Source of the DNA: a virus
Lineage: Duplodnaviria; Caudoviricetes
Length of the DNA stretch: 30,752 bases
Strand: one strand, 5' to 3'
Virus record (IMG/VR): IMGVR_UViG_3300005805_000309
Location: 1 to 30,752 of that record
Position numbers and translations under genes: made by a program. The notes beneath the pieces are model-generated. The model was given only the letters and a program-made list of their open reading frames with translations. It had not been told where the DNA came from and ran no database searches. Below, piece by piece: positions 19,764 through 29,307 of this stretch (positions within the stretch are counted from its first letter, which is position 1; each line of letters begins with the position of its first letter).

Positions 19764-21761
19764 ATGAAAATCGTAGAATTACTTATAGATGATGATTTTG
19801 AGGAGTCAGGTATTGAAGCAATATCTTTAGTTGGAACGCCAGCACACGAGGAAAATTGGATTGCATTTAATAGTCAAGACGAATCCCCTGTAGATAATTC
19901 CATCACATATAGAATTGTGGAGGATGACTTCTGTGCTTCCAATCCCCTTTTAGACACATTAGGAGAGTCGTACAACGACTTAATCAAGGAGGGATGGGTA
20001 ATCACTAAGGTGGAACAGATGACACCTGAAAGGATACTTAAAATGAGTCGTGAGAAGTTCTCAGATCCCAACGCAGAATCACAAGAAGATACAGTCCAAT
20101 TTAGAATTAGATTCAAGTATGTTGGTCCAAGAGATAGTAGGAATAGAAGGTTCTGTTCTGATATGTTGGCTAAGAACAGAGTGTATAGAATTGAAGATAT
20201 AGAACAACTATCAAACCCTGAGTTTGGTAATTATGATATTTTTACTTGGAGAGGTTCATTCAACTGTAGACATACTTGGGTAAAGTTAATATTCGAGCCT
20301 GAGGGTAAGATAAGAAACTCTGGTGATTCGACTAGAGGTCTAATAGAAACTGACCCATTATCAGCAAGATTACAACCAGATACAAGACCAGGTCCAACCA
20401 TTAGGTCAGCAGATGAAGGAAGGGGACAAGGACAATGGGAAGATGGAATGCCAAGAACAGGTCCTAACTTGTTTGCTGAGGTTGGTGAGAGGGGAGCAAT
20501 CAAAGCTAGTCCCAAAGCACCAAAGTCAGATACACCAAACCCCGAGCCAAAAGGTGAAGGAACAGCAAAAGGTGATGCCAGTACAACTCGTGGAGCTGTC
20601 GTAACTGAAAGAGTTGAAAAGATATTAAAAGAAAAATCTGATGACTTCAACGAGAGGTATAAAGAAAAACTTGGTTATGGTGTTGACACAGGAATGTTGA
20701 AAACTGTTTATCAAAGGGGAATTGGAGCATATAATGTTTCTCATTCGCCAGAGGTAAAGTCATCAGAACAATGGGCTTTGGCACGGGTTAATGCTTTTTT
20801 ATATTTAGTTAGAACAGGAAGACCTGAAAACAAAAAATATGTTGGTGATAATGACTTATTGCCAACAGACCATCCGAAGAAACAACAGATGTCAAAAGAT
20901 AATCCTTGTTGGGATGGATACGAGATAATCGGATTACAAGAGGACGGTTCCCCTAATTGTGTTCCAATCGAAATGACCGAAGATGATTTTGCTGAAAGTA
21001 TTGCAGATTATCCACAGGGAGTTAAGGATAGAGCCAGAATGGCTGTTGAATGGGCTGATAAAAATGGTTGGGGTTCTTGTGGAACTCAGATCGGGAAAAC
21101 AAGAGCATCGCAGTTAGCGAGTGGTTCTCCGATTTCAGTTGACACCTTGAAGCGCATGTATTCATATCTGTCAAGACATAAGGTTGACTTAGAGTCATCA
21201 AAGACCTATGAAGATGGCTGTGGTAAATTGATGTATGATAGTTGGGGTGGAGAACCAGCATTAAGCTGGTCTGAACGAAAGCTCAAACAACTTGAGAATG
21301 AAAAGATGACCTTTGCTGTTGCTAGTGAAGATAAAATGATTATTGTTGGAGCTGCTATGGTTCCAAACAAGATGATACATAGATATGATAATTTTGGAAA
21401 CAAGTATTATGTCTATTTCTCCAAAGAATCTATTAGAAAAATGGCTAATAGGTTTTTGAAACAAAAAAGGACTGACGAAACCTCCATCGAACATAATGGA
21501 ATTAAGTTAGGTTCTGACAAAGTATACATAACTGAGAGTTGGATTAGTGAAGACCCTACCAAAGATAAGTCAGCAATCTATGGATTCAACCTACCTGCTG
21601 GTACTTGGTTCGTCCAAATGAAAGTTGACGACCCTAAGGTATGGGAACTTGTCAAACAAAATAGCTTAAGTGGTTTTTCGGTTGAAGGACTATTTAAGGA
21701 AAAAGCAGTTTTTTCTAAAGCAGAAGAACAAATAAACCAAATAATAAAACTATTAAAATGA
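19764..21761 (+). CDS. Prohead protease (XkdF/S78_2-like) with several inserted domains
   Basis: N-terminal GIEAISLV..PA.E.NW and C-terminal GAAMVPNK..IEH..ESW..LPAGTW..GFSVEG; upstream of scaffold and capsid. Confidence 0.8.
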   Translation: MKIVELLIDDDFEESGIEAISLVGTPAHEENWIAFNSQDESPVDNSITYRIVEDDFCASNPLLDTLGESYNDLIKEGWVITKVEQMTPERILKMSREKFSDPNAESQEDTVQFRIRFKYVGPRDSRNRRFCSDMLAKNRVYRIEDIEQLSNPEFGNYDIFTWRGSFNCRHTWVKLIFEPEGKIRNSGDSTRGLIETDPLSARLQPDTRPGPTIRSADEGRGQGQWEDGMPRTGPNLFAEVGERGAIKASPKAPKSDTPNPEPKGEGTAKGDASTTRGAVVTERVEKILKEKSDDFNERYKEKLGYGVDTGMLKTVYQRGIGAYNVSHSPEVKSSEQWALARVNAFLYLVRTGRPENKKYVGDNDLLPTDHPKKQQMSKDNPCWDGYEIIGLQEDGSPNCVPIEMTEDDFAESIADYPQGVKDRARMAVEWADKNGWGSCGTQIGKTRASQLASGSPISVDTLKRMYSYLSRHKVDLESSKTYEDGCGKLMYDSWGGEPALSWSERKLKQLENEKMTFAVASEDKMIIVGAAMVPNKMIHRYDNFGNKYYVYFSKESIRKMANRFLKQKRTDETSIEHNGIKLGSDKVYITESWISEDPTKDKSAIYGFNLPAGTWFVQMKVDDPKVWELVKQNSLSGFSVEGLFKEKAVFSKAEEQINQIIKLLK

Positions 21762-22696
21762 ATAGTACAAAAACCCTACAAAAAATAGCACAGATTTTGG
21801 GTCTTTCTCCGCAAGTGTTCTTTGAGGCTAAAACCGATCAAGGAATTACAATGAAGATGGAGGGTGAACTTGAATTGGGTTCATTAATATATGTAGCAAC
21901 TGAGGAGGGGTTAATCCCCGCACCAGCTGGCGAACATATGTTGCAAGACGGAACCAAGATTGAAGTTGACGAGGAGTCAAAAATCAAGAAGATTGATATG
22001 GGTACAATGGAGGATAAAGAAGAAGAAGGGGAAACCGAAGAGATGTTTGCTGATGTAAAGTTGAAAGACGGAGAAATCATGCGAGTTGAAGGTGACGAGC
22101 CAACTGTGGGTCGTCTAACCAAGAAGGTTTCTTATGACGGAGCTTTATTGCCATTTACCGATGGAACTTATGAGACCGCAGATGGAAAGATGATTTCCAT
22201 TGTCGGTGGTGAAATCAAGGGGATTACAGAAAAAGGTAAAGACCAAGCATTCACTATTGCTGAGACAGCACAAGGTGTAAAGGTTGAATCTAATACCTTC
22301 GATGTCGGAGAGGATGTATTTGTCCTTGACGGTGATTCTAAGACCCCAGCTCCTGATGGAGAACACCAAGTAGTCCTTAAAGACGAAAGTGGAAACGAAA
22401 ACAAAATCAGATTCATCACCAAAGATGGTAAGATTACTGAAAGAGAAAATGTTGAAGAGGAAGATATGGAAGCTGAAAAAATCGCTGAAATGTTCTCAAA
22501 GGCATTAAAAAACCTTGAGAGTAAAATTGATATGATTGTTTCAAGACAAAATCAATTAGAAAACAAAGTCCAAAAGTTCGCTAAAGAACCTGCGGGCGAC
22601 CGAGTTTATACTCAAAAGACTATCGTTGAACTTAAGTCAGAAAACGATAGAGTTGATGCTTTCAAGAAATTAAGAGCAGCAATGAATAAAAACTAA
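21758..22696 (+). CDS. Capsid scaffolding protein
   Basis: Acidic; three repeats of PAPxGEH/DGTYET-type units; C-terminal coiled coil; between protease and MCP. Confidence 0.7.
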   Translation: MNSTKTLQKIAQILGLSPQVFFEAKTDQGITMKMEGELELGSLIYVATEEGLIPAPAGEHMLQDGTKIEVDEESKIKKIDMGTMEDKEEEGETEEMFADVKLKDGEIMRVEGDEPTVGRLTKKVSYDGALLPFTDGTYETADGKMISIVGGEIKGITEKGKDQAFTIAETAQGVKVESNTFDVGEDVFVLDGDSKTPAPDGEHQVVLKDESGNENKIRFITKDGKITERENVEEEDMEAEKIAEMFSKALKNLESKIDMIVSRQNQLENKVQKFAKEPAGDRVYTQKTIVELKSENDRVDAFKKLRAAMNKN

Positions 22697-22720
22697 ACCA
22701 AAAATTAATTTATTATCAAA

Positions 22721-23677
22721 ATGAAAAAATTACAAAAAATGAACTTCAACTACGACCTTGGCGGATTGTCAGCGTACGTAGACCAACTTTCATCTGATAT
22801 TATATCTGAAGCAGTATTGTCTCCTGTGACTATGTCTTATGTCAATGTTGTCCCTGGTATTAAAGGAACACAGAACGTAAACTTATTGAAGGAAACATTA
22901 TCAGTACAAACTGGTACAACTTGCGGATGGAATGATGCAGGTGACGTGACTTTTGAGGCTGTACCTTTGACAGTACAAGCACTTAAAGTAAACCAATCTT
23001 TATGTTTGGAAGAACTAAACACTTTGTGGTTAGGTCAATACCTAAATGCAGGTTCTTACAATGAGCAGGCTCCATTTGAGCAGGCTATTGTTGACCTACA
23101 GACAAAACAAATCAAGAGATATAACGAAGACCTTGTATGGAACGCTTCATCAGGAACTTCAACTTTCTCTGGTTTCATTGAATTGTTAAATAACACTGCT
23201 GGTGTTGTGAAATTGACAGGTCAAACTGCTCTTTGTTCTGTGACTGGAACTTCTGTTATTGATAAAGCAAATGCTATATTATCTCAAGTGGATAATATTA
23301 TCGATGCTTTGGATAGAAACATCTATGACAGAGACGATATTGTAATCTTTATGTCGATGCAACAATTCAAGTGTTACAATGTTGCACTTCGAAACGTAAA
23401 CAACTTCCACTTTACTGAACCTACTTTGGGTCAAGTATATGAAACATTCCACCCACAAACTAAATACAAGGTTGTTGGTGTACCAGGTCTTAACGGATCT
23501 AACCTTATCGCTGCGGCTCCTCAACAATACTTTATGGTAGGTGTTGACTTGATGTCTGATGAGGATTCATTCAGAAGCTGGTGGTCTCAAGATTTCCAAG
23601 AGGTACGTATAATGTCAGCTTGGAAAATCGGAACTGCTATTGCGTTCCCTGAGTTCTTTGTAACAAACGGACTTTAA
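22721..23677 (+). CDS. Major capsid protein
   Basis: 318 aa after the scaffold, followed by a terminator; VVPGIK, KVNQSLC and VGVDLMSD motifs of Bacteroidota-phage MCPs. Start may be 22739. Confidence 0.85.
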   Translation: MKKLQKMNFNYDLGGLSAYVDQLSSDIISEAVLSPVTMSYVNVVPGIKGTQNVNLLKETLSVQTGTTCGWNDAGDVTFEAVPLTVQALKVNQSLCLEELNTLWLGQYLNAGSYNEQAPFEQAIVDLQTKQIKRYNEDLVWNASSGTSTFSGFIELLNNTAGVVKLTGQTALCSVTGTSVIDKANAILSQVDNIIDALDRNIYDRDDIVIFMSMQQFKCYNVALRNVNNFHFTEPTLGQVYETFHPQTKYKVVGVPGLNGSNLIAAAPQQYFMVGVDLMSDEDSFRSWWSQDFQEVRIMSAWKIGTAIAFPEFFVTNGL

Positions 23678-23682
23678 TATAC

Positions 23683-23705
23683 GGGGGGAGTTAATCCCCC
23701 CTTTT
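23683..23705 (+). terminator. Intrinsic terminator after MCP
   Basis: GGGGGGA-GTTAA-TCCCCCC followed by TTTT. Confidence 0.75.
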
Positions 23706-23740
23706 ACCAATAAACAAAAAAAAACTAAATATAATATAAT

Positions 23741-24268
23741 ATGAGTTGTAATTTAGCAGCAGGTATTACACTTGGTTGTAGAGACAATGCGGGTGGTGTT
23801 AATAAAGTTTGGATTACTGATTATGATAATATCTTAACTGTAACTAAGAACTCTGGTGACACCATTACTAGTATCTCAGGAACAGGTACATTCTATTCTT
23901 TCGAGTTAATCAGAACTACATCTGAAATGACTGAAACTATCAATGCTTCACTTGAAAATGGTACAGTATTCTATACTCAGGAACTTACAATGTTCTTTGC
24001 AAAACTTGAACAATACAAGCGTAATATCATCAAAACACTAGCACAATCTTTCAGATTGGCAGTAATATTTGAGGACAATAATGGTTCTTATTTCCTACTC
24101 GGTGAAGAGTACGGAATGTTCGTAAGTGCTGGTTCTAACGTAACTGGTCTTGCATTAGGAGATCGTCAGGGATATAACTTGACCCTTCAGGCTCTCGAGC
24201 AATTACCAATGAACGAATTGAGTGGTCCAATCGCTTCAGTCGTTACTGGTATGACAGTTGAATCCTAA
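23741..24268 (+). CDS. Major tail tube protein
   Basis: MSC.L..G..LGCRDNAGGV, S.ENGTVFY.QEL, EDNNG.YFLLG and GD..GYNLT motifs; 175 aa. Confidence 0.75.
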   Translation: MSCNLAAGITLGCRDNAGGVNKVWITDYDNILTVTKNSGDTITSISGTGTFYSFELIRTTSEMTETINASLENGTVFYTQELTMFFAKLEQYKRNIIKTLAQSFRLAVIFEDNNGSYFLLGEEYGMFVSAGSNVTGLALGDRQGYNLTLQALEQLPMNELSGPIASVVTGMTVES

Positions 24269-24274
24269 ATATTT

Positions 24275-24302
24275 ATCACAGGGGGGTCAAACTCCCTGTG
24301 AT
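24275..24302 (+). terminator. Hairpin after tail tube gene (terminator-like)
   Basis: ATCACAGGGGGGT-CAA-ACTCCCTGTGAT inverted repeat followed by TATTT. Confidence 0.6.
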
Positions 24303-24316
24303 TATTTCATATACAG

Positions 24317-25759
24317 ATGATATTATTAAAATCCAACCAACTTAATAAGATAGTCGTAACGCTCACACAGAATACTACTCTTTGTGACCCTGAATATCTA
24401 TTTCAATTTGTTCATATATTCTCCAAACAAGAGGTAAAGTTCATTTTACCTGATGTATCCCCACATCCAACGAGATATAATCAATTTGAGTTTGTTGAAG
24501 GTACTGGTGTGGGACAAATCCCCTTTCCATATGAAGGACAGTATAACTATTATGCCTATGCCCAGCCATTTGGCTCGGGTAATCTAAATCCATTATTAGC
24601 CACCGAGTTGGTAGAAAATGGTATTGCTGAGTTTATTGTTGTAAGTGCGGATACAACGAATGAAAATTATTTTGAGTTTATTTCTGGTGATGAGTTTAAT
24701 TCTAATACTATATTCGCTCCTGATGAAATAAATCCAGTAACACCAAGTAATACACCAGGATTAAGTCCAACCCCAACTCCGAGTATTACTGCGTCTCCAA
24801 CACCAACTAATACAAGTACCGCTACGCAGACACCTACTCAAAGTCCTACTCCAACTCCTTCTGCAACACCAGGATTAAGTCCTACCCCAACTCCAAGTAT
24901 TACTGCGTCTCCAACACCTACAAATACTCCTACCCCAACAAATACGCAGACACCTACTCAAACTCCTACTCCTACGAATACAGAAACACCTACAAATACT
25001 CCTACCCCAACAAATACTCAAACTCCAACGAATACAGGGACACCTACTCAAACTCCAACAGGAACACCGACACCGACACCAACCCCAACTTCAACACCTC
25101 TGATTCCAACAAGTAATTTACAGCATTGGTATATTTCAACAGAAGATGCAAGTGTATCTTCTTGGACTAATAAAGGGTTATTAGGAGGTAGTTTAAGTAA
25201 TGCTGATGTGGCAACTCAACCACAACTTGTAACCTCATCATTGGGGTCTTATTCAGGTCAAGCAATTGAGTTCTTAAATCAAGATGACTTCTTTGGTTCA
25301 TTTGCTTCAACGACTTATTCAGGACTTACCACATTTGTGGTTGCTAAATGGTTAAATAACAATACTAGTGGTTTCTATGGTGGATCATTTACTGAAACAA
25401 ATGAAGTATTTTTGGGAAATAGAACGTATTTAACAACTTATGGTGGAAGTGTTGGATTGTCATTAGCTAATTCTAATTCAGTAGCAGGAAAACCTCTAAT
25501 TTATAGTGTAAGTGGAACACCTGGTGTGTTTGGTGCTTCTTATGATATCAAATCAAATGTATTCACAGTATCATTGAACTCATCAGCAGCAACACCATCA
25601 GTAAGTTCATTCTTCCAAATTGAAAGTGCATCAGTATCATCACCAGTTGTCAATCTGACTTTGTTTGAGTGTATTGTGTATAATAGAAAATTAACTAGTA
25701 CCGAATTTAATCAGGTCATAAATTATCTCAAAACCAAATATAATTATGCTAGTTGGTAA
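24317..25759 (+). CDS. Structural protein: N-terminal adaptor-like domain, PT stalk and C-terminal LamG/ConA-like domain
   Basis: C-terminal LQHWY...VSSWTNK...QP.L...[13 protein letters not shown]...INYLKTKY is the LamG-like pattern; TPT repeats at ~24735-25100. Confidence 0.7.
   Translation: MILLKSNQLNKIVVTLTQNTTLCDPEYLFQFVHIFSKQEVKFILPDVSPHPTRYNQFEFVEGTGVGQIPFPYEGQYNYYAYAQPFGSGNLNPLLATELVENGIAEFIVVSADTTNENYFEFISGDEFNSNTIFAPDEINPVTPSNTPGLSPTPTPSITASPTPTNTSTATQTPTQSPTPTPSATPGLSPTPTPSITASPTPTNTPTPTNTQTPTQTPTPTNTETPTNTPTPTNTQTPTNTGTPTQTPTGTPTPTPTPTSTPLIPTSNLQHWYISTEDASVSSWTNKGLLGGSLSNADVATQPQLVTSSLGSYSGQAIEFLNQDDFFGSFASTTYSGLTTFVVAKWLNNNTSGFYGGSFTETNEVFLGNRTYLTTYGGSVGLSLANSNSVAGKPLIYSVSGTPGVFGASYDIKSNVFTVSLNSSAATPSVSSFFQIESASVSSPVVNLTLFECIVYNRKLTSTEFNQVINYLKTKYNYASW
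24752..24918 (+). repeat. 53-bp direct repeat (24752-24804 and 24866-24918), 2 mismatches
   Basis: Both copies encode [18 protein letters not shown]. Confidence 0.85.
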
Positions 25760-25982
25760 TTACGATGTTTTATACTTTGATGACTATAAAAAATATTTCA
25801 AAACATATGAGTTAATAATCGATTCATTACAAGAATGGGATTTTCCTTTTCAAGTAAATGATGGTTATGTCATATATTACAATTCTAAATTGGATAAAAT
25901 CTTGGATATAAAGAAATACGAGATACGCAGATTTATGAATATTAAAATGAGATGGCATAGTGATATACCAGTACTTGATTAA
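25746..25982 (+). CDS. Hypothetical protein (78 aa)
   Basis: ATG ORF overlapping the previous stop and filling the gap before portal. Confidence 0.55.
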   Translation: MLVGNYDVLYFDDYKKYFKTYELIIDSLQEWDFPFQVNDGYVIYYNSKLDKILDIKKYEIRRFMNIKMRWHSDIPVLD

Positions 25983-26010
25983 GACAACAAAATAATATAT
26001 TTATAATTAT

Positions 26011-27213
26011 ATGAATGAAGAAATAAAAAATAGTAAGGACTTTTTACAAGTATTTGACTTCGCAACAGCCAAAGTTCCTTTGATTGAAGAAAACCTCATT
26101 ATAAACACAAGAACGCCTTGGGTCTATTATGGTGTAGCAAACTTAGCACCACAAGAATTGATTCGTCTATACAACACTTCTCCGACTCACAGAGCGGCTA
26201 TAACTTCCAAATGGTATGGAACAAGGGGTGAATCAATATCGTTGAAATTAGCCGACAATCACAGGTTATTGATGGCAAATAGTTTGGGTGATGGAGTATA
26301 TGATATATGGGACCGCGCTTGTCTTGATTTCATTTTATATGGGGGGTTTAGTATAAATATTGTTTGGAGAAAGGACAGAGAAATGGGATTCGATATGTAT
26401 TATATGGACTTCTCAAAATTGAGAGCTGAGAAGTCAGATTTCCACGACAGAATCCATAATTTTTATTATAGTTCCGATTGGGCTTTTCCTAAAAAGTTTG
26501 TCCCAAGAAAATTGCCAGCATTCGACATACAGAATGAAGAACCTTCACAAGTATTTTATTATACAACACACTCAGCGGGGAACAACTACTATCCAACTCC
26601 ATCTTATTGGGGAAGTGCAACAGCAATTTCTACACAGATAGAAATATTCAACTGGCACTTCAATAACATAGTGAATGGACTTAGTCCATCTTTATTTGTT
26701 GCATTGAATAGTGGTATTCCTGACCCCGACCAAAGAGAAGAAATCTATAATACGATGGTGAATAAGTATGCTGGTTCTAATGTCAGTGGAAAGTTATTTT
26801 TGACTTTCTCAGATGGAAAGGAACAAGCACCTGAGATTACCCCAATCCAACATAATGGTTCTGATAAATTGTGGGTTGAACTTAATTCAATGGTTCAAGA
26901 AGCAATTTTGACCGCACACCAAATATCCTCACCTGAGTTATTAGGTATTATGACACCAGGTAAATTGGGAACAGCAGACCACTTGGAAGCTCAAGACCAT
27001 TTCCAACATCTTGTAATCAAACCAATACAAACTGAAATGAAAATTGTATTCGAGAAATTATTAACTATCAGAGATGCTGGTGTTCCAACTGAAATGGAAA
27101 TCAAACAATTCGAGATGGTGACGATGAAAGATGCGGCACCTACAATAGATATAAATAAAAATGAGAATGTTGGAGTTGTAAAAGACGAAACAATCCAAGA
27201 AAACCAAATATAA
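26011..27213 (+). CDS. Portal protein
   Basis: WVYYG..N, YNTSPTHRAAI, YYPTPSY, NGLSPS and ILTAHQISSPELLGI motifs; 400 aa. Confidence 0.85.
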   Translation: MNEEIKNSKDFLQVFDFATAKVPLIEENLIINTRTPWVYYGVANLAPQELIRLYNTSPTHRAAITSKWYGTRGESISLKLADNHRLLMANSLGDGVYDIWDRACLDFILYGGFSINIVWRKDREMGFDMYYMDFSKLRAEKSDFHDRIHNFYYSSDWAFPKKFVPRKLPAFDIQNEEPSQVFYYTTHSAGNNYYPTPSYWGSATAISTQIEIFNWHFNNIVNGLSPSLFVALNSGIPDPDQREEIYNTMVNKYAGSNVSGKLFLTFSDGKEQAPEITPIQHNGSDKLWVELNSMVQEAILTAHQISSPELLGIMTPGKLGTADHLEAQDHFQHLVIKPIQTEMKIVFEKLLTIRDAGVPTEMEIKQFEMVTMKDAAPTIDINKNENVGVVKDETIQENQI

Positions 27214-27214
27214 T

Positions 27215-27829
27215 ATGTCTCAAGCATTAGTCCCTCAGAATATTCTATTAGTATCAGAGAATAAGTTGAAAAACTTTACTGATATAGACCAAAACGTAAC
27301 CTCTGCTGTATTGCTCCCTTTTATCGGGGTGGTCCAACAGACCAAATTAGAATATATAATCGGAAGAAAATATTATGTTGAATTATTGAATCAGGTTCAG
27401 ACAAGTACTTTGACAACAATAAACAACAACTTTCTTCAGTATTTCTGTCAACCCATGCTGATCTGGAGTTCTTATGCAGAAGCATTACCATCTATCTTTA
27501 TGAGAATAAAGAATAATGGTATTGTAGCTGGTTCTGAAAAAACAATTACGATTAGTGAGATGCAATACATGCAGGGTAGAGCTGATGATAGGGCACAATT
27601 CTTCGAGAGAAGAATGATAGAGGAACTAATCTATAATCAATCAAACTATCCAGCAGTTTATACTTATACTTCGACTGATGGTATGAGACCTCACTTAGGT
27701 AAAAACTACTTTAGTGGAGTACATCTAAATAACGGACCAAGAGACCAAAACTTGATGGTTGGACCTGGCAGTGGTGTATTGACCTCTGTAATCTATTCAG
27801 ACCCAACTTGGGCTTGTTGTGGTTGGTAA
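27215..27829 (+). CDS. Head-tail connector/adaptor protein
   Basis: Follows portal; helical; NV...LLPFI...Q...L..IIG..YY and RIKNNGI pattern. Confidence 0.6.
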   Translation: MSQALVPQNILLVSENKLKNFTDIDQNVTSAVLLPFIGVVQQTKLEYIIGRKYYVELLNQVQTSTLTTINNNFLQYFCQPMLIWSSYAEALPSIFMRIKNNGIVAGSEKTITISEMQYMQGRADDRAQFFERRMIEELIYNQSNYPAVYTYTSTDGMRPHLGKNYFSGVHLNNGPRDQNLMVGPGSGVLTSVIYSDPTWACCGW

Positions 27830-27831
27830 AA

Positions 27832-28101
27832 ATGAATGATATGAACGAAACGATACTATTATTAATATCAAACGCAATAACAGGTATAGCCGCTTGGTTT
27901 GTTGGAAGAAGGAAGGTTACTGCTGAGACAGACAACCAAGTCCTTAAAAACTTGGAATTAGCCATATCTGTTTATTCACAAATTATCAATGACCTTAAAA
28001 AAGAAATTGAATCATTGAATATAAAAGTACAAGAGTTGGAGACCAAAATTGATGAACTCCACGCAGAAAATAAAAAATTGAAATCACAAGTTAATCTTTA
28101 A
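27832..28101 (+). CDS. Membrane protein with coiled coil (holin-like)
   Basis: N-terminal hydrophobic helix ILLLISNAITGIAAWFVG + RRK, then a heptad coiled coil. ATG at 27832 (or 27841) preferred to the TTG at 27808. Confidence 0.55.
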   Translation: MNDMNETILLLISNAITGIAAWFVGRRKVTAETDNQVLKNLELAISVYSQIINDLKKEIESLNIKVQELETKIDELHAENKKLKSQVNL

Positions 28102-28104
28102 GTA

Positions 28105-28917
28105 ATGCCTTTACCCACCAAAAACGAACAAGAAACAGACAACGACTTTATCTCTCGGTGTGTTGTAAAAGTTGCTGATGAGTTCCCTTCAATGGAGCAA
28201 CGATTAGCTGTCTGCTACAGTCAGTTGGAAAAGTTCAAGATGTCAAAAGAAGAAGATAAAGATACATTTGTCGTTCAACCCCGTAGAAAAGAGAATAGAG
28301 GTACGTATCTAAAAAGATGTTCGGCTAATGCTAAGATGAGAGAAACATACCCTATGATGAAAGAACGTATGGGTTATTGTCTGAATGCTTACTCAGAATA
28401 TTATAGATGGTGGGGTAAGTTTGAGAATGGCAACATTCCTGCTGACTCAGCCTTGGGAAGATGTATTGCAAGAAAAAGAGCGACTGGTATTGAATATAAA
28501 CAAGCCTACAGAGAATGTGCTTCACGGGTGATTGTTCCGAATACTCCTATTGTTATGAATGATGACTTATTGATTGAACCAGTCGAGTTTAGTGAATTGA
28601 ATGTTTTAGGGTATATGACAAAATATTTTTATATCTGTCCTGGAGCTCAAGGGACTTTCCAACACCTTATCAGTATGAATCCTGATGATGAAACTGCGGG
28701 TATGATTAGAAGTGCAGCACAGATTGCTGATAATGTCTTTGAGATTGAAAAAAAAGTATTGGAAGATAAAAAAGCTTCAACGGAACAACTTAACCAAGCT
28801 GAAATATTGGTGGATGATTTCTATGACTTGATGGATGAGATAGATGAGGAGTTAGGTATGTTGCACGATGTGTCGTATATGGACGGTCATATTGATTTAA
28901 TTGAGTCATATATTTAA
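28105..28917 (+). CDS. Hypothetical protein with 2-3 N-terminal Cys-pair repeats and an acidic C-terminal domain
   Basis: FISRC...QRLAVCYSQ / YLKRC...ERMGYCLNA / LGRC...QAYREC units. Confidence 0.75.
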   Translation: MPLPTKNEQETDNDFISRCVVKVADEFPSMEQRLAVCYSQLEKFKMSKEEDKDTFVVQPRRKENRGTYLKRCSANAKMRETYPMMKERMGYCLNAYSEYYRWWGKFENGNIPADSALGRCIARKRATGIEYKQAYRECASRVIVPNTPIVMNDDLLIEPVEFSELNVLGYMTKYFYICPGAQGTFQHLISMNPDDETAGMIRSAAQIADNVFEIEKKVLEDKKASTEQLNQAEILVDDFYDLMDEIDEELGMLHDVSYMDGHIDLIESYI

Positions 28918-28966
28918 TATTATTTTTTAATTGATTACCAAGATACTATTGTGTATCATTCATATT

Positions 28967-29066
28967 GAGGGGGAGGAGTTCTCTTGTTTTTTTCCCATTT
29001 AATCGTAGATGTCCTATCTTCTCCCCCTCTCTTAAAGGTCAGATATTTTTATCTGACTTTTTTTTT
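28967..29066 (+). ncRNA. Candidate small RNA: 12-bp stem with 39-nt loop plus terminator
   Basis: GAGGGGGAGGAG (28967-78) pairs with CTTCTCCCCCTC (29018-29). TTGATT-17-TATCAT lies upstream (from 28931). No ORF. Confidence 0.45.
29038..29066 (+). terminator. Intrinsic terminator
   Basis: GTCAGATA-TTTT-TATCTGAC followed by T9. Confidence 0.8.
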
Positions 29067-29074
29067 ATATTCAT

Positions 29075-29105
29075 TTGACTTTTCAGTAGGTATAGGTATA
29101 TTTAT
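29075..29105 (+). promoter_or_regulatory. Putative promoter TTG-N19-TATATTTAT
   Basis: TTGACT at 29075, TATATTTAT at 29097-29105, then an A-rich leader and ATG at 29127. Confidence 0.6.
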
Positions 29106-29126
29106 ATATATAAAAACAATACAACT

Positions 29127-29306
29127 ATGGGAATGACAAAAAGATTTTTAGACGACATCCTCGAAGAGGATTTTTACCCTTGTGATTTAGATTACGAATA
29201 TCAACTATGGGTTATGAATAAACAATTACAAGACCAGCAGGAATATATTAAAAATTATCTTGCTGAAAAAGAAGCATATGAGGAGATGCTTGCAGACAAA
29301 TACTAA
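29127..29306 (+). CDS. Small acidic hypothetical protein (59 aa; not in ORF track)
   Basis: MGMTKRFLDDILEEDFYPCDLDYEYQLW...EEMLADKY*; downstream of a promoter, 1 nt before the next ATG. Confidence 0.7.
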   Translation: MGMTKRFLDDILEEDFYPCDLDYEYQLWVMNKQLQDQQEYIKNYLAEKEAYEEMLADKY

Positions 29307-29307
29307 T

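Noticed and set aside
2019-27965. Numerous short minus-strand or alternate-frame ORFs inside major genes
   Set aside because: They overlap well-supported + strand genes and have no motifs or start signals.
29260-29307. TTG start extension of ORF 29260-29523 (likewise the 27808 start)
   Set aside because: It overlaps a better upstream ORF; an ATG immediately after the upstream stop is more plausible.
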